A stretch of DNA of 64,000 nucleotides from a virus, in IMG/VR virus record IMGVR_UViG_3300009155_000040, positions 64,001 to 128,000 of that record. One strand, given 5' to 3'. Both the position numbers and the translations under genes were made by a program. Below the pieces are notes generated by a model. It saw nothing but the letters and a program-made list of their open reading frames with translations. It had not been told where the DNA came from and did not search any database. Each line of letters opens with the position of its first letter. Positions within the stretch are counted from its first letter, which is position 1. This document shows positions 45,187-55,238 of the stretch, piece by piece.

Positions 45187-47005
45187 ATCAATTAATACAC
45201 AGAAAGAACACAAGCCAGTTTGGATTGCAGCAATTGCCCGAGGACACAATTCGGGGATCTGTCTACTTAAAGATGGAGAAGTAGTATTCAGTATCGAAGA
45301 AGAACGTCTCTCAAGACAAAAATATGACGGTGGCCCATTTGCGTCGATGGTAAAGATCAAAGAGTATACTGATAAACTTGATTATCTAGTGATTGCACAT
45401 ACACAGCCTTTACAAGAAACTGCTGGTAAGATCGATTATACTGGTGACGATGTATACACAGGCCTTGCACGTAAATTAAATTTAATTGAAAGAAAAGTTC
45501 CAGATCTACATCGTCATCCTCAAGTTATTGATTTGGCGTTTATGCATCATAAACTACATGCTGCCTGTGCATTTTATCGTTCGGGTTGGGAAGATGCAGT
45601 ATCGTTAATCGTTGACGGTGCTGGTACATTCTACCCTATGCAATACAACAATCAAGGTATTTGGTTATGGGAAGTTGAGTCTATTGTTGACTGTAACTAT
45701 CCTGCAAACTTTAAGACTTTGTATAAGCATTATGGTGCTAAAGAACCAATCGCAGGTTCGTTCATTCCAGAATTTGATTCTAGCCCATTAGGCGAAGAAG
45801 GCGAAACACACATGGCCTATATTAGCGATCGTGCCGGCATTGTTAAAGTCTACGAAGGTGTAACAGAGTACTGCGGTTTTAGTGCTATCGAAGCTGGAAA
45901 GACCATGGGACTGTTTCCATACGGTAAGCCAAACGACAAGATCCCTAAACTGTTTGACGAGACAGGAAAAATTCCATTGTCAAACAGAAACTTGATGGTT
46001 CCTCGTTACCCAATGAGCTCAACTGTCAACATGAATCTATTTGATTACCTTGAAGAAATGCCAGAAGACATGGACAGTGATGTTACACTGATGCAGAACA
46101 GACGAGATTTAGCCTACGCATGTCAAACACAGACCCAAGAACAGGTTGTAAATCTTATTCGCAAGGCTGCAGAACTGTCTGGAAAGAAACGTGTGGTAAT
46201 CAGCGGTGGATACGGTTTGAACTGTGTTGCTAACTATTACTATCTTGAGCAATTAAAAGATGATGGAATTGAAATTTACGTAGAACCTATCAGCAATGAT
46301 GCAGGTACTGCTATCGGTGCAGCACTTATTTTCTGGCATGGTATGCAAGAAGATACAACTATTCGCCCATACGGTTCGTTGTACCTTGGTCCAGAATATA
46401 CTTACACGCAAGATGAAATTGCATCAAAAGTAGCAGCAGTTGGTGGAGAACTTACTGATGCTACAGATAAAGATATTGTTAAGCTATTGCGTGAAAAGAA
46501 CATTGTTACAATTTTCCAAGGACGTTCAGAAAACGGCCCACGTGCATTAGGCAATCGTAGTGTATTGTTTGATCCAACTTTCCCAGACGGTAAAGACTTT
46601 GTTAACGAAGTTAAACATCGTGAATACTTCCGTCCGTTTGCTGGATCAATTCTAGAAGAAGATGTACACGACTGGTTTGATTTACGCGGCATGAAAAGCA
46701 GCCCGCATATGATGTATGCTGTAAACTGCCAGCCCGGAATTGAAGAAAAGATTCCAAGTATTATCCATGAAGATCATACTTGCCGTATCCAAACTGTTAA
46801 TCCTGAGCAGAACAAACACTACTATGATCTAATTAAAGCATTTAAAGAAGAAACAGGAATCCCAATCTTGTTTAACACCAGCTTTAATCTAGGTGGCGAA
46901 CCTTTAGTAGAAACACTAGATGATGCGCTATGGACTCTGAAAAATTCAGATATCGAATATCTATATTTGCCAGAACACGGTAAACTAGTAAAAATAGGAT
47001 ATTAA
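45176..47005 (+). CDS. O-carbamoyltransferase, NodU/CmcH/TobZ family
   Basis: HNS...EEERLSR.K, HH.LHA, VDGAG, GKTMGL..YG, SGG..LNCVAN, DAG.AIGAA, GPRALGNRS, VKHRE.FRPFA, R.QTV, NTSFN..GEP. Confidence 0.92.
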   Translation: MTVKSINTQKEHKPVWIAAIARGHNSGICLLKDGEVVFSIEEERLSRQKYDGGPFASMVKIKEYTDKLDYLVIAHTQPLQETAGKIDYTGDDVYTGLARKLNLIERKVPDLHRHPQVIDLAFMHHKLHAACAFYRSGWEDAVSLIVDGAGTFYPMQYNNQGIWLWEVESIVDCNYPANFKTLYKHYGAKEPIAGSFIPEFDSSPLGEEGETHMAYISDRAGIVKVYEGVTEYCGFSAIEAGKTMGLFPYGKPNDKIPKLFDETGKIPLSNRNLMVPRYPMSSTVNMNLFDYLEEMPEDMDSDVTLMQNRRDLAYACQTQTQEQVVNLIRKAAELSGKKRVVISGGYGLNCVANYYYLEQLKDDGIEIYVEPISNDAGTAIGAALIFWHGMQEDTTIRPYGSLYLGPEYTYTQDEIASKVAAVGGELTDATDKDIVKLLREKNIVTIFQGRSENGPRALGNRSVLFDPTFPDGKDFVNEVKHREYFRPFAGSILEEDVHDWFDLRGMKSSPHMMYAVNCQPGIEEKIPSIIHEDHTCRIQTVNPEQNKHYYDLIKAFKEETGIPILFNTSFNLGGEPLVETLDDALWTLKNSDIEYLYLPEHGKLVKIGY

Positions 47006-47006
47006 C

Positions 47007-47029
47007 AAAGCCCCGAAAGGGGCTTTTTT
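47007..47029 (+). terminator. Intrinsic terminator
   Basis: AAAGCCCC-GAAA-GGGGCTTTTTT. Confidence 0.92.
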
Positions 47030-47049
47030 ATTATCTGCTAAATAGTTGT

Positions 47050-47493
47050 ATGTTAAATTTTGCACGTTATTTCCTTAAAGGTATCAAAAATACGCTACGC
47101 CTTCAAAATGGAGTTAATTTCTCCTATAAAGGTCCGTGGCAAACGGTTATTTCCGCCACAGTTTTAGACGAGTGGTATGTTGGCGAAATCTGTGCTGCTG
47201 AATATACAGTGGTAGTAGATGTGGGCGCAAATAGAAAAGAAATGATCAAATGCCTAGTAGTTGCAGGACCAAACCAAGCAAACTTAACAGTGTTTGGTCG
47301 AACAAACATAAATGAAAATCTTATTGATTTATCCGCTATAGTAACCGCATCGAAAGTACAACTAATAGCTCAACCAGCATCTAGCCCAGACGGCAGCACA
47401 TATGATAATTCTAGTTTATTAGTAGGCAGTAAAGCATTTTTTAGCGCAACGTATTATGCTACTGTTAATGATATAACCAGTTCCCAGGTGTAA
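47050..47493 (+). CDS. Small virion structural protein
   Basis: D.W......AEY.V.V.....KE....LVV pattern; TAAATA (47039-44) then N5 then ATG. Confidence 0.6.
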   Translation: MLNFARYFLKGIKNTLRLQNGVNFSYKGPWQTVISATVLDEWYVGEICAAEYTVVVDVGANRKEMIKCLVVAGPNQANLTVFGRTNINENLIDLSAIVTASKVQLIAQPASSPDGSTYDNSSLLVGSKAFFSATYYATVNDITSSQV

Positions 47494-47568
47494 GGTGCAG
47501 TGTTACCAAAAGACTAAATACACATGTCTTAGCGGAAGTTGTAGTTGCAGTAAAATAGCGGAGATCAC

Positions 47569-48069
47569 ATGACAACCAGATATATACCCTTTGAGTCAAA
47601 AAGCGGCTTTAAAAGTCCGGGCTTTTCAGTTAATGAAAACGGTGACCTCACAGTTAGTGGAAACATAGACACCACAGGCAGTTTCAAAATCAACGGCGTA
47701 CCCATTATTGATCCTAGCGATTCTATAGTCGGTCTAGATCCCGTAATTCAGCGAGCACTAGGTTTAAAAGAAATCGGAACATTAGATTATCTCAATGTTG
47801 CCGGCGACCTAGTAGTATCAAATGCTTCAACAGCTTACATTAGAATCCAAGGCGGTACAGGTCTTATAGACAACGTCAGTATTGGTTCTCAATTTCCTGC
47901 AGACGGAAATTTTACTTCATTAAATGTTGGCCCAGGCGACAGCACAGGCGAACTAACAGTTCAAGGGGACATTTACATTACCAACCCTCCAACATTATCA
48001 TCACATGCAACAAGAAAAGATTATGTCGATGCACGAGTTTCGGCATTTGCAATAGCGTTTGGCGCTTAA
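47569..48069 (+). CDS. Virion structural protein / fibre adaptor
   Basis: IDNVSIG...G.FT.L, P....HATRKDYVD, C-terminal AFAIAFGA; TAAATA at 47515-20. Confidence 0.6.
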   Translation: MTTRYIPFESKSGFKSPGFSVNENGDLTVSGNIDTTGSFKINGVPIIDPSDSIVGLDPVIQRALGLKEIGTLDYLNVAGDLVVSNASTAYIRIQGGTGLIDNVSIGSQFPADGNFTSLNVGPGDSTGELTVQGDIYITNPPTLSSHATRKDYVDARVSAFAIAFGA

Positions 48070-48082
48070 GGAAAGATTTTAA

Positions 48083-51000
48083 ATGGCAAAGAAAAAGATA
48101 GACTATTTTGTTTTTGAACCGGGAATTAGTAAAGATACTAGTTTGTACCCCAAAGCTGTTGCATTGTTGGTAGCAAATAAAACATTCTTACAAGAACAGG
48201 TTGTAAGATTCATCAACTACAATATTACAAACGGTATTGCTCCATACATTGGATACACGTATGCTCCATCAAAATGTACTCGAGATGTTGGATATTTTAT
48301 CGACTCTATTGCACATGACCTTCAATACGGCGGCAATGTTAAATCAAGATTAACATCGGACTATTTCTGGATTGATGGCGAGCCAATGATCCGCGGTGAT
48401 GTAAGCCCTGAAATTACCGGCCAAGCCTATCTAAGAGATATTGTCAGCAACTATATTTTTAGAAATATCACAGTTCCAACAACCTACGGATCGCCAACAG
48501 CTGGACAAGCACTGCAAACAAAAATCACAGGAAGTCCTGCAGAGTCGGGTGCTGACACCAGAAACGTTGAGTTATGGAATATCTTTAGAGATGTAATTTC
48601 CTACGGAACTCCGAGCATTCCTGCAAAAGAAAACGGAGTTAGCAGTATTAGACTCATGGGACGATACACCCATAGTGAAATATTATTAATCACAGACACC
48701 GAAAGTGGAAACATCATCTATAACTTTTCCGATCCATCTACGTCAATGGATATCGTTTATAAGACTGCAAAAAGCAGCGGAGATAATCAACCAGTCAGTG
48801 ATTTAGATTTTCCATCTTGGTGGCAAACTGGTGATTGTATTACAACATTATATTTCTCATACGACACTTCGGCATTCACTGGTAACGACATACAGATATT
48901 TGTAGAAAATGATAGTCAGACAATTCGTCCTTGGGATTTTGGTACTGATGCTATCGAGCGTATGCGTGTTGCTGCACCGCAGGCCATGTTGGACGCTGAC
49001 TTTGAGTACGGACTACAACCTACTAAATGGCAGGCAATTGGTATGATGAGAAATTATCCATCATTGTACGAATTATCAGGAACTGATATAACGGTATCTG
49101 ACATATCAACAGATGCTTCGGCAAATACTGGAAACTTTGGAGCCAGCTTAATCACCGTGACAACCAACGGATCGCATGGATTTAGTACTGGCACACCAAT
49201 TACAGTTAAAGGATTAGCCCCATCGGTTAGTGGATTTTCTAGGGCTGAAGGTAGCTTTTTAGTTAATAGTGTTATTTCATCAGTGACATTTACCTATTAT
49301 TCATCTGCTAAGGTTGGAACTTCAACTGGTCAAAGCCTATATACATCGTATGCTCAGGTTCGTCAAGCAGGATTTTATACTGGTGCCGCAATTGGTTCAG
49401 CTACATATTCGTTGTTCAGTAATGGCTCAACACAGACTATTGTAAGTAAGTTTGATACGTTAGCAGGGTCTTTTCAAATAGCATTCAATGGCACATCGCC
49501 AACCCCTGGATCACCAATTTCCGGATCACCGTATATTCCTTCAGGCACATCAGTTAGTGGAGTAATTGGCTTATCAACTGTTAATACAAAAATAAAAACA
49601 ACAACACAAACAACAGATACAGTTATCTACATCACTGATCCTACGGGTGTGCAAGCTGGTATGGCAATCGATGATGGATCAAATAATGCTATCTTCATAA
49701 ACTCTATTGGAGTTAGTGGTCAATTAAATCTATCATCAGCATTTTCTCAAATTAAACAAGGCGCTAATAGAGCAACATCAAGTGTTGCAGGAACAAACTT
49801 TCCTGCAAACGGAACAGGTGCAACATTTATCGTTGATAGATCAGGTGGTGCATATACTTCTGTTGTAGATGCGGGCGATAGTACAGGAAACGGTCAAGGG
49901 TATTCTGTAGGTGACATAGTTAAAATTCTTGGCTCTGATCTTGGAGGAGTTGATGTTACTAATGACCTGTTTATCACTGTTAGTACAGTAGACAGTGCAG
50001 GAGCAATTCTTACATTTACCTATTCAGGAACAGCAGCCACTGGTGGTGCAACATATTCAAATGTTGCGCTATCATCAACCGACAGCGTGAGTGGTAGTGC
50101 TGCACAAATTACAGTGGTACGTCAAGGCGGAACTGGGTCGTATGGAATAACATTAGTTGGTGGTGGTACTGGGTTTGCTCAAGGCGATACTGTTACTTGG
50201 GACGGTACAAACTTTGGCGGCACAAGTCCTGCTAATGATATTGTTATCACAGTTGACGGGGTAGCATTTGGTACTGGAGCGATTGTTGACTTCACAGTGT
50301 CTCTTACTGCGATTGGTGTGAATGGAAATCAAACATATACAAGTATTTCTGGAATCAGCGTTGCAAATACTGGATCAGGAGCAGTATTTGATATTACAGC
50401 AGCTGAAGGAACATATTCTGCAGAAACAACTGCGGGCATTACCAGCACAGGATATCGCGTAGGAAATCGAATTGTTATCCCAGGAAATTTATTAGGTGGT
50501 GCTTCTCCATTGAATGATTGTACATTATCAGTAACAGCAGTTAGCAGTGGAAATATTACTACAGTATCAGCGTCAGGAACACCGTTCGCTGGAGCAGACA
50601 TTGTCATTTACCCTTCAGTTACAATCAGTGAAGCAATCACAAATGAAATTTTAGAAGGGACTACATTAAACGTAGGAGCTATTGCAACAGTTCAGGTAGA
50701 CTTTACCAGTGCGCACGGCCTGCTGCCAGGTTCAAGTATTCTATCAAGTGTCACTTCTCAACCTGCTCCGGGGTTTGCATCAACAACTAGAGCATTGACC
50801 AACAGCCAATCATGGATCAGCACAGCATTCTACGGCGGTACATTCCTTGCAATAACCTCTGATTCTGCCAGAACAAATAAATCAATTGATGGCCAGTCCT
50901 GGACCAATGTTGGTTCACTACCAGCAGCCTCTAGTTGGACCAGTATTGCAGCCGGTCCAATTAGCGGAACTACCTATTGGGTAGCTGTACAACAAACAGG

Positions 51001-54000
51001 AACACTTGCAGCATATTCTACAGATAACGGTGCAAACTGGACAGCAATGGGCGCATTGCCGAGTAGTGGAACATGGACGTCTGTAACTTATTTTAACGGT
51101 GTGTTTGTTGCTGTAAGATCTTCATCAAATGCTGCCGCATATTCTATCAACGGAACTACTTGGGTAGCCGCAACGTTACCTAGCACTTCTAGTTGGACTG
51201 ATGTAGTTGGCGGTATTATCGGTACTTCAAATTACCTAGTTGCTGTTGCTTCAGGAGGCACAGCCGCTGCATATTCCGTAGACAACGGAGCGAACTGGGC
51301 ATCGGCAACATTGCCAACCAGTTCTAACTGGTCTAGTGTTGCTTTTGGAAACGGAAGATTTGTTGCGATTGCTACCGGCAGCACGGCAGCAGCAGTTTCA
51401 ATAAACGGAACAGCATGGACTACAGCGGCATTGCCTTCAAGTGCAAACTGGAACAGTATTACATTTGGCGACGACGTGTTTGTTGCAGTGACCGATGGCG
51501 GAACAACCGCAGCAACATCATTCAACGGAACAACAGGATCTTGGACAGCACAGGCATTAGCTGCATCTGGAACCTGGGAAGAAATCGCATACGGAAATTA
51601 TTCAGGGCTTGGAATATTTGCCGTTGTTGGCTCAGGAAGCAATGCACTTTCAGTCAGCTTAACATCAGCTAATCATAATTTAGCAGCTGGTCCGTTTGTA
51701 ATCACACAGGTTCCGACCTCAACTTCAATTAGATTCCCTGCTAGAACTACCGGGACTATCAATGCAACTGCTGCGATATCGGGTGTGTTATATGCCAGAC
51801 CAGATAGTTTCTTTGTACACAGACCGTTTGACGGTGGTGTTATGTTAGGTACTGGTGGCCCACAACACGGTGCACAGGCTATTCGTCAAAGTAAAAAATA
51901 TATTCGTTATCAGTCTGGTAAAGGCATTATGTATACCACAGGTGCATTATTTGCACCAAATTATAATTTAGCAAGTGCAACAGCCGCAGGATACACCACA
52001 GGTAGTTATATCACTATGAGCACTGACGATACTGACCACGGACTACAACCGGGCGGTATCATTGAAGTCACAGGATTTAATTCTTTTGAGTACAACGGAA
52101 CATACACAGTTGAAAGCATACTATCTTCTAGATCTTTTAGAGTTCGTGCCCTAGTGCCGTTATCAACATTGGTTGCCGATATTGGACCTCGATGCATTCT
52201 TTCTGTTAAATCGTGGCACGGCTCAACCGTTCGCGTTGGCGCATTTGATGATCAAAACGGAATTTTCTATCAATTCGATGGCAATGAATTGTCATTGGTT
52301 AGAAGAAGTGCAACATTCCAACTAGCTGGCCAGTGCGCAATTCAAACTGAAAGCAATTTAGTTCAAGGAACAGGAACTAGATTTACTTCACAAATTAAAG
52401 TACACGACAAAGTTGTTATTCGAGGAATGACCCACACAGTTACCAGCATTACTAATGATACAACCTTAACTGTAGCTCCAGACTGGAGAGGAGTTAACAA
52501 CGTTGTCGGCGTTAAAATGTGTTTGGTAAAAGAATTAGTAGTCCCGCAACACGAATGGAATATGGATAAAGGTGACGGAACTGGACCAAGCGGTTATAAC
52601 ATTATTCCGCAGCGTATGCAGATGATCGGTATTCAATATTCATGGTATGCGGCAGGTTTTATTGAATTCATGATCAGGGGTGCCGATGGTAAATTTGTAT
52701 TCTTACACAGAATTCGTAACAGCAACATTAACTACGAAGCGTATATGCGTACAGCTAACTTACCTGTTCGTTATGAAGTTGAAAATAGATCAGCCTTAGA
52801 TAAATTATCAGCAGGTTTGTCAGCAACTGCAACATCGTTATACTTAACTGATGCTTCAAGATTTCCAAGTTCCGGAACTTTATATGTTGACAATGAGTTA
52901 ATTTTCTATGCTGGAAAATCAGGAAACAGATTAACTGGAGTATCTAGAGCTGCCAACTTGAGCAATTTCTCTGCAGGACAAAACAGAACCTATACAGCAG
53001 GAGCAGCAACTACACACTCTGCAGGTGCTGGCGTAGCATTGGTAAGTTGTACGATTACTCCAACTATTAACCACTGGGGTTCTGCTATTTTAACAGACGG
53101 TATGTTTGACGAAGATCGCGGTTATATCTTTAACTATGCTGCTACAGGTTTGACTGCAAGCGTCGATAAACAAACGGCATTTATGATTCGACTAGCACCT
53201 AGCGTGTCAAATGCACTGGTTGGAGATTTAGGTGAGCGTGATTTATTGAACAGAGCGCAATTATTATTAAATGAAATTTCTGTAACTGCAGACTCTGGTA
53301 CTGGGGCTATCGTTGTTGAAGGAGTTTTAAATCCAAGAAACTACCCATCAGATCCGACTAAGATTACATGGAGCGGATTATCCAGTGCTGGAGCAGGCGG
53401 CCAGCCAAGTTTCGCACAGGTCGCTCTCGGTGGTGCGATTAACTGGGGCGGAACACCGTTAACAACTTCTACAGCAACAATCCAAGGAGCATTGACTGCC
53501 ACTTTAGTAGCTAGGGCATTTAGTAATGTAACTAATGCAATTACTGCATTAAACTTTTCTCCAACTGGCCCAACAACAGGAAATACTACCTATCTATCTG
53601 CTCTCAGCACAGCTAGAACTGATTTCTTAATAACTAATGCTGCATACGATACGCTACTATCTACAACTCCGTTACGTGTTGGAGATACATTATCAGTAGC
53701 TACATACTTGACCAGTGGTCAACAAATCACATCTATTACTAGAAGTTATCTAGGAACAGCATACACACAGATCGTAATGAACGTTCCGGCCAATCTCAGC
53801 AGTCCTACAACAACAGGTCAGAACATTGCCATTACAGTTACATCTAGTATTTCAACCCAGTATGCCAGTGCGATCAGTACTGCAAGAACAGACTTTTTGG
53901 TACTCGATACAGACGCTACCAGCTCAGGTATAGCAGCTGGAGATACTGTACAGGTAGCTACATTCTTAACTGCGAATCAAACAGTCAGTTTAATTACTCC

Positions 54001-54583
54001 AGCTTATGCTAGAGTAGCTAGTATATCGTATACAAGAATTGTGTTGACTGCTGCAGGAAACGGCCTTAGTACAGCAGGTTCTGCAAATACTGTAAGCACC
54101 ACTGTTACAGCATCAGGAACTGCTGCTTCTTATGCGTTCACTAACTTTTTATTCTTTACAAATGCATCGTGGAACGCATCGGGTGCTACCACTGGTACTA
54201 GGGTAGCGAGTAATTTTACTCAATTCCCAGCTGGTACATCTGTAGCTGGTATCGCATCAAGAACACTTGGCGGGATAACTGTTAGACGTGTTACATTTAC
54301 ACAAACGTCAGGCTCAACACTATCAGCTGCTGGAACAGTTACATTCCAATTTGGTGACGTTCAATTTGCTCTTCCGGGAGAACAGGTATTTTCATTCATT
54401 AGTAATCCCGGTTCAACAACGTCTATTAATTTGTCACAATTGAAAGAGTTGACAACCACAGCAATCGGTGGTAGAGGTGCATTCCCGAACGGGCCTGACG
54501 TATTGGCAATTAATATCTATAAGGTAGCGGGAACTGCGGTGCCAGCAGGTATTATTCTGCGTTGGGGTGAAGCTCAGGCTTAA
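48083..54583 (+). CDS. Giant virion fibre/adhesin (2166 aa) with Asp-box beta-propeller and repeated beta modules
   Basis: DFGTDAIERMRVA.PQ...DADFEYGLQPTKW; repeated YS.DNG..W...LP.S..W; RPFDGGV; YQSGKG; duplicated STARTDFL...GDT..VAT.LT module at ~53590-54030. Confidence 0.7.
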   Translation: MAKKKIDYFVFEPGISKDTSLYPKAVALLVANKTFLQEQVVRFINYNITNGIAPYIGYTYAPSKCTRDVGYFIDSIAHDLQYGGNVKSRLTSDYFWIDGEPMIRGDVSPEITGQAYLRDIVSNYIFRNITVPTTYGSPTAGQALQTKITGSPAESGADTRNVELWNIFRDVISYGTPSIPAKENGVSSIRLMGRYTHSEILLITDTESGNIIYNFSDPSTSMDIVYKTAKSSGDNQPVSDLDFPSWWQTGDCITTLYFSYDTSAFTGNDIQIFVENDSQTIRPWDFGTDAIERMRVAAPQAMLDADFEYGLQPTKWQAIGMMRNYPSLYELSGTDITVSDISTDASANTGNFGASLITVTTNGSHGFSTGTPITVKGLAPSVSGFSRAEGSFLVNSVISSVTFTYYSSAKVGTSTGQSLYTSYAQVRQAGFYTGAAIGSATYSLFSNGSTQTIVSKFDTLAGSFQIAFNGTSPTPGSPISGSPYIPSGTSVSGVIGLSTVNTKIKTTTQTTDTVIYITDPTGVQAGMAIDDGSNNAIFINSIGVSGQLNLSSAFSQIKQGANRATSSVAGTNFPANGTGATFIVDRSGGAYTSVVDAGDSTGNGQGYSVGDIVKILGSDLGGVDVTNDLFITVSTVDSAGAILTFTYSGTAATGGATYSNVALSSTDSVSGSAAQITVVRQGGTGSYGITLVGGGTGFAQGDTVTWDGTNFGGTSPANDIVITVDGVAFGTGAIVDFTVSLTAIGVNGNQTYTSISGISVANTGSGAVFDITAAEGTYSAETTAGITSTGYRVGNRIVIPGNLLGGASPLNDCTLSVTAVSSGNITTVSASGTPFAGADIVIYPSVTISEAITNEILEGTTLNVGAIATVQVDFTSAHGLLPGSSILSSVTSQPAPGFASTTRALTNSQSWISTAFYGGTFLAITSDSARTNKSIDGQSWTNVGSLPAASSWTSIAAGPISGTTYWVAVQQTGTLAAYSTDNGANWTAMGALPSSGTWTSVTYFNGVFVAVRSSSNAAAYSINGTTWVAATLPSTSSWTDVVGGIIGTSNYLVAVASGGTAAAYSVDNGANWASATLPTSSNWSSVAFGNGRFVAIATGSTAAAVSINGTAWTTAALPSSANWNSITFGDDVFVAVTDGGTTAATSFNGTTGSWTAQALAASGTWEEIAYGNYSGLGIFAVVGSGSNALSVSLTSANHNLAAGPFVITQVPTSTSIRFPARTTGTINATAAISGVLYARPDSFFVHRPFDGGVMLGTGGPQHGAQAIRQSKKYIRYQSGKGIMYTTGALFAPNYNLASATAAGYTTGSYITMSTDDTDHGLQPGGIIEVTGFNSFEYNGTYTVESILSSRSFRVRALVPLSTLVADIGPRCILSVKSWHGSTVRVGAFDDQNGIFYQFDGNELSLVRRSATFQLAGQCAIQTESNLVQGTGTRFTSQIKVHDKVVIRGMTHTVTSITNDTTLTVAPDWRGVNNVVGVKMCLVKELVVPQHEWNMDKGDGTGPSGYNIIPQRMQMIGIQYSWYAAGFIEFMIRGADGKFVFLHRIRNSNINYEAYMRTANLPVRYEVENRSALDKLSAGLSATATSLYLTDASRFPSSGTLYVDNELIFYAGKSGNRLTGVSRAANLSNFSAGQNRTYTAGAATTHSAGAGVALVSCTITPTINHWGSAILTDGMFDEDRGYIFNYAATGLTASVDKQTAFMIRLAPSVSNALVGDLGERDLLNRAQLLLNEISVTADSGTGAIVVEGVLNPRNYPSDPTKITWSGLSSAGAGGQPSFAQVALGGAINWGGTPLTTSTATIQGALTATLVARAFSNVTNAITALNFSPTGPTTGNTTYLSALSTARTDFLITNAAYDTLLSTTPLRVGDTLSVATYLTSGQQITSITRSYLGTAYTQIVMNVPANLSSPTTTGQNIAITVTSSISTQYASAISTARTDFLVLDTDATSSGIAAGDTVQVATFLTANQTVSLITPAYARVASISYTRIVLTAAGNGLSTAGSANTVSTTVTASGTAASYAFTNFLFFTNASWNASGATTGTRVASNFTQFPAGTSVAGIASRTLGGITVRRVTFTQTSGSTLSAAGTVTFQFGDVQFALPGEQVFSFISNPGSTTSINLSQLKELTTTAIGGRGAFPNGPDVLAINIYKVAGTAVPAGIILRWGEAQA

Positions 54584-54854
54584 GGAATCGTTCTTGGTCC
54601 CAAGCAAGTAGCCGACTATCTAATTGTTTTTTATATTCGGCTACTTGATTTCTATTTTCAGCTATTTCGTCAGTGGCTATTTTGCCAGTGAAAAATATCT
54701 GTTCATGAGTTCTATCAATATATTGAATATGTTCTTTCAATTTAACCAACATGTCTGTAAGTTGATTTTTTAGATTCTCGTCAGTGATCTGAGAAATTCT
54801 TTTTTGATAATTTTCGTAATCTTCAATAAATCTTTGACTATTTTGTATTAGCAT
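54552..54854 (-). CDS. Hypothetical helical protein
   Basis: 100 aa coiled-coil-like ORF ending the leftward operon. Confidence 0.6.
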   Translation of the reverse strand: MLIQNSQRFIEDYENYQKRISQITDENLKNQLTDMLVKLKEHIQYIDRTHEQIFFTGKIATDEIAENRNQVAEYKKQLDSRLLAWDQERFLKPELHPNAE

Positions 54855-55230
54855 CTTCGTTCTCTAATATTAATATGGTTTCAATTTTGGTTCTAATAAC
54901 GGTATTATTTAATGTGACCTTCAACCCGCCATGTAGCTGATTAGGCAAATGATCCAAATCACACCATGCTATTGTTTTACTAGCAGAAGTTAAAAATTCA
55001 TCTTTGGTTAGACACACGTAAGTTCCGTATTCAAAACCCTTGTCTTCAGAAATATACAATTCAATTGGCAGTAATCTACCAGGGCTATATGTTTCTAAAA
55101 GTTTTTCAGCATCGGATAATAGCGACTCTTGTCTAGAAAATGTAGGTACAGTCCACTTAGATTCTTCTAATACTAGAAGTATCCGTCCTGTTGTTTTAGC
55201 AAGAAAAAGTAATCCGGCACGCTGTTGCAT
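54838..55230 (-). CDS. Degenerate Nudix-fold protein
   Basis: RAGLLFLAKTTGRILLV...IAW...LP..LH.GL..TL scaffold, but no GX5EX7REUXEEXGU box; start refined to ATG 55230. Confidence 0.5.
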   Translation of the reverse strand: MQQRAGLLFLAKTTGRILLVLEESKWTVPTFSRQESLLSDAEKLLETYSPGRLLPIELYISEDKGFEYGTYVCLTKDEFLTSASKTIAWCDLDHLPNQLHGGLKVTLNNTVIRTKIETILILENEDANTK

Positions 55231-55238
55231 ACCTTTAC

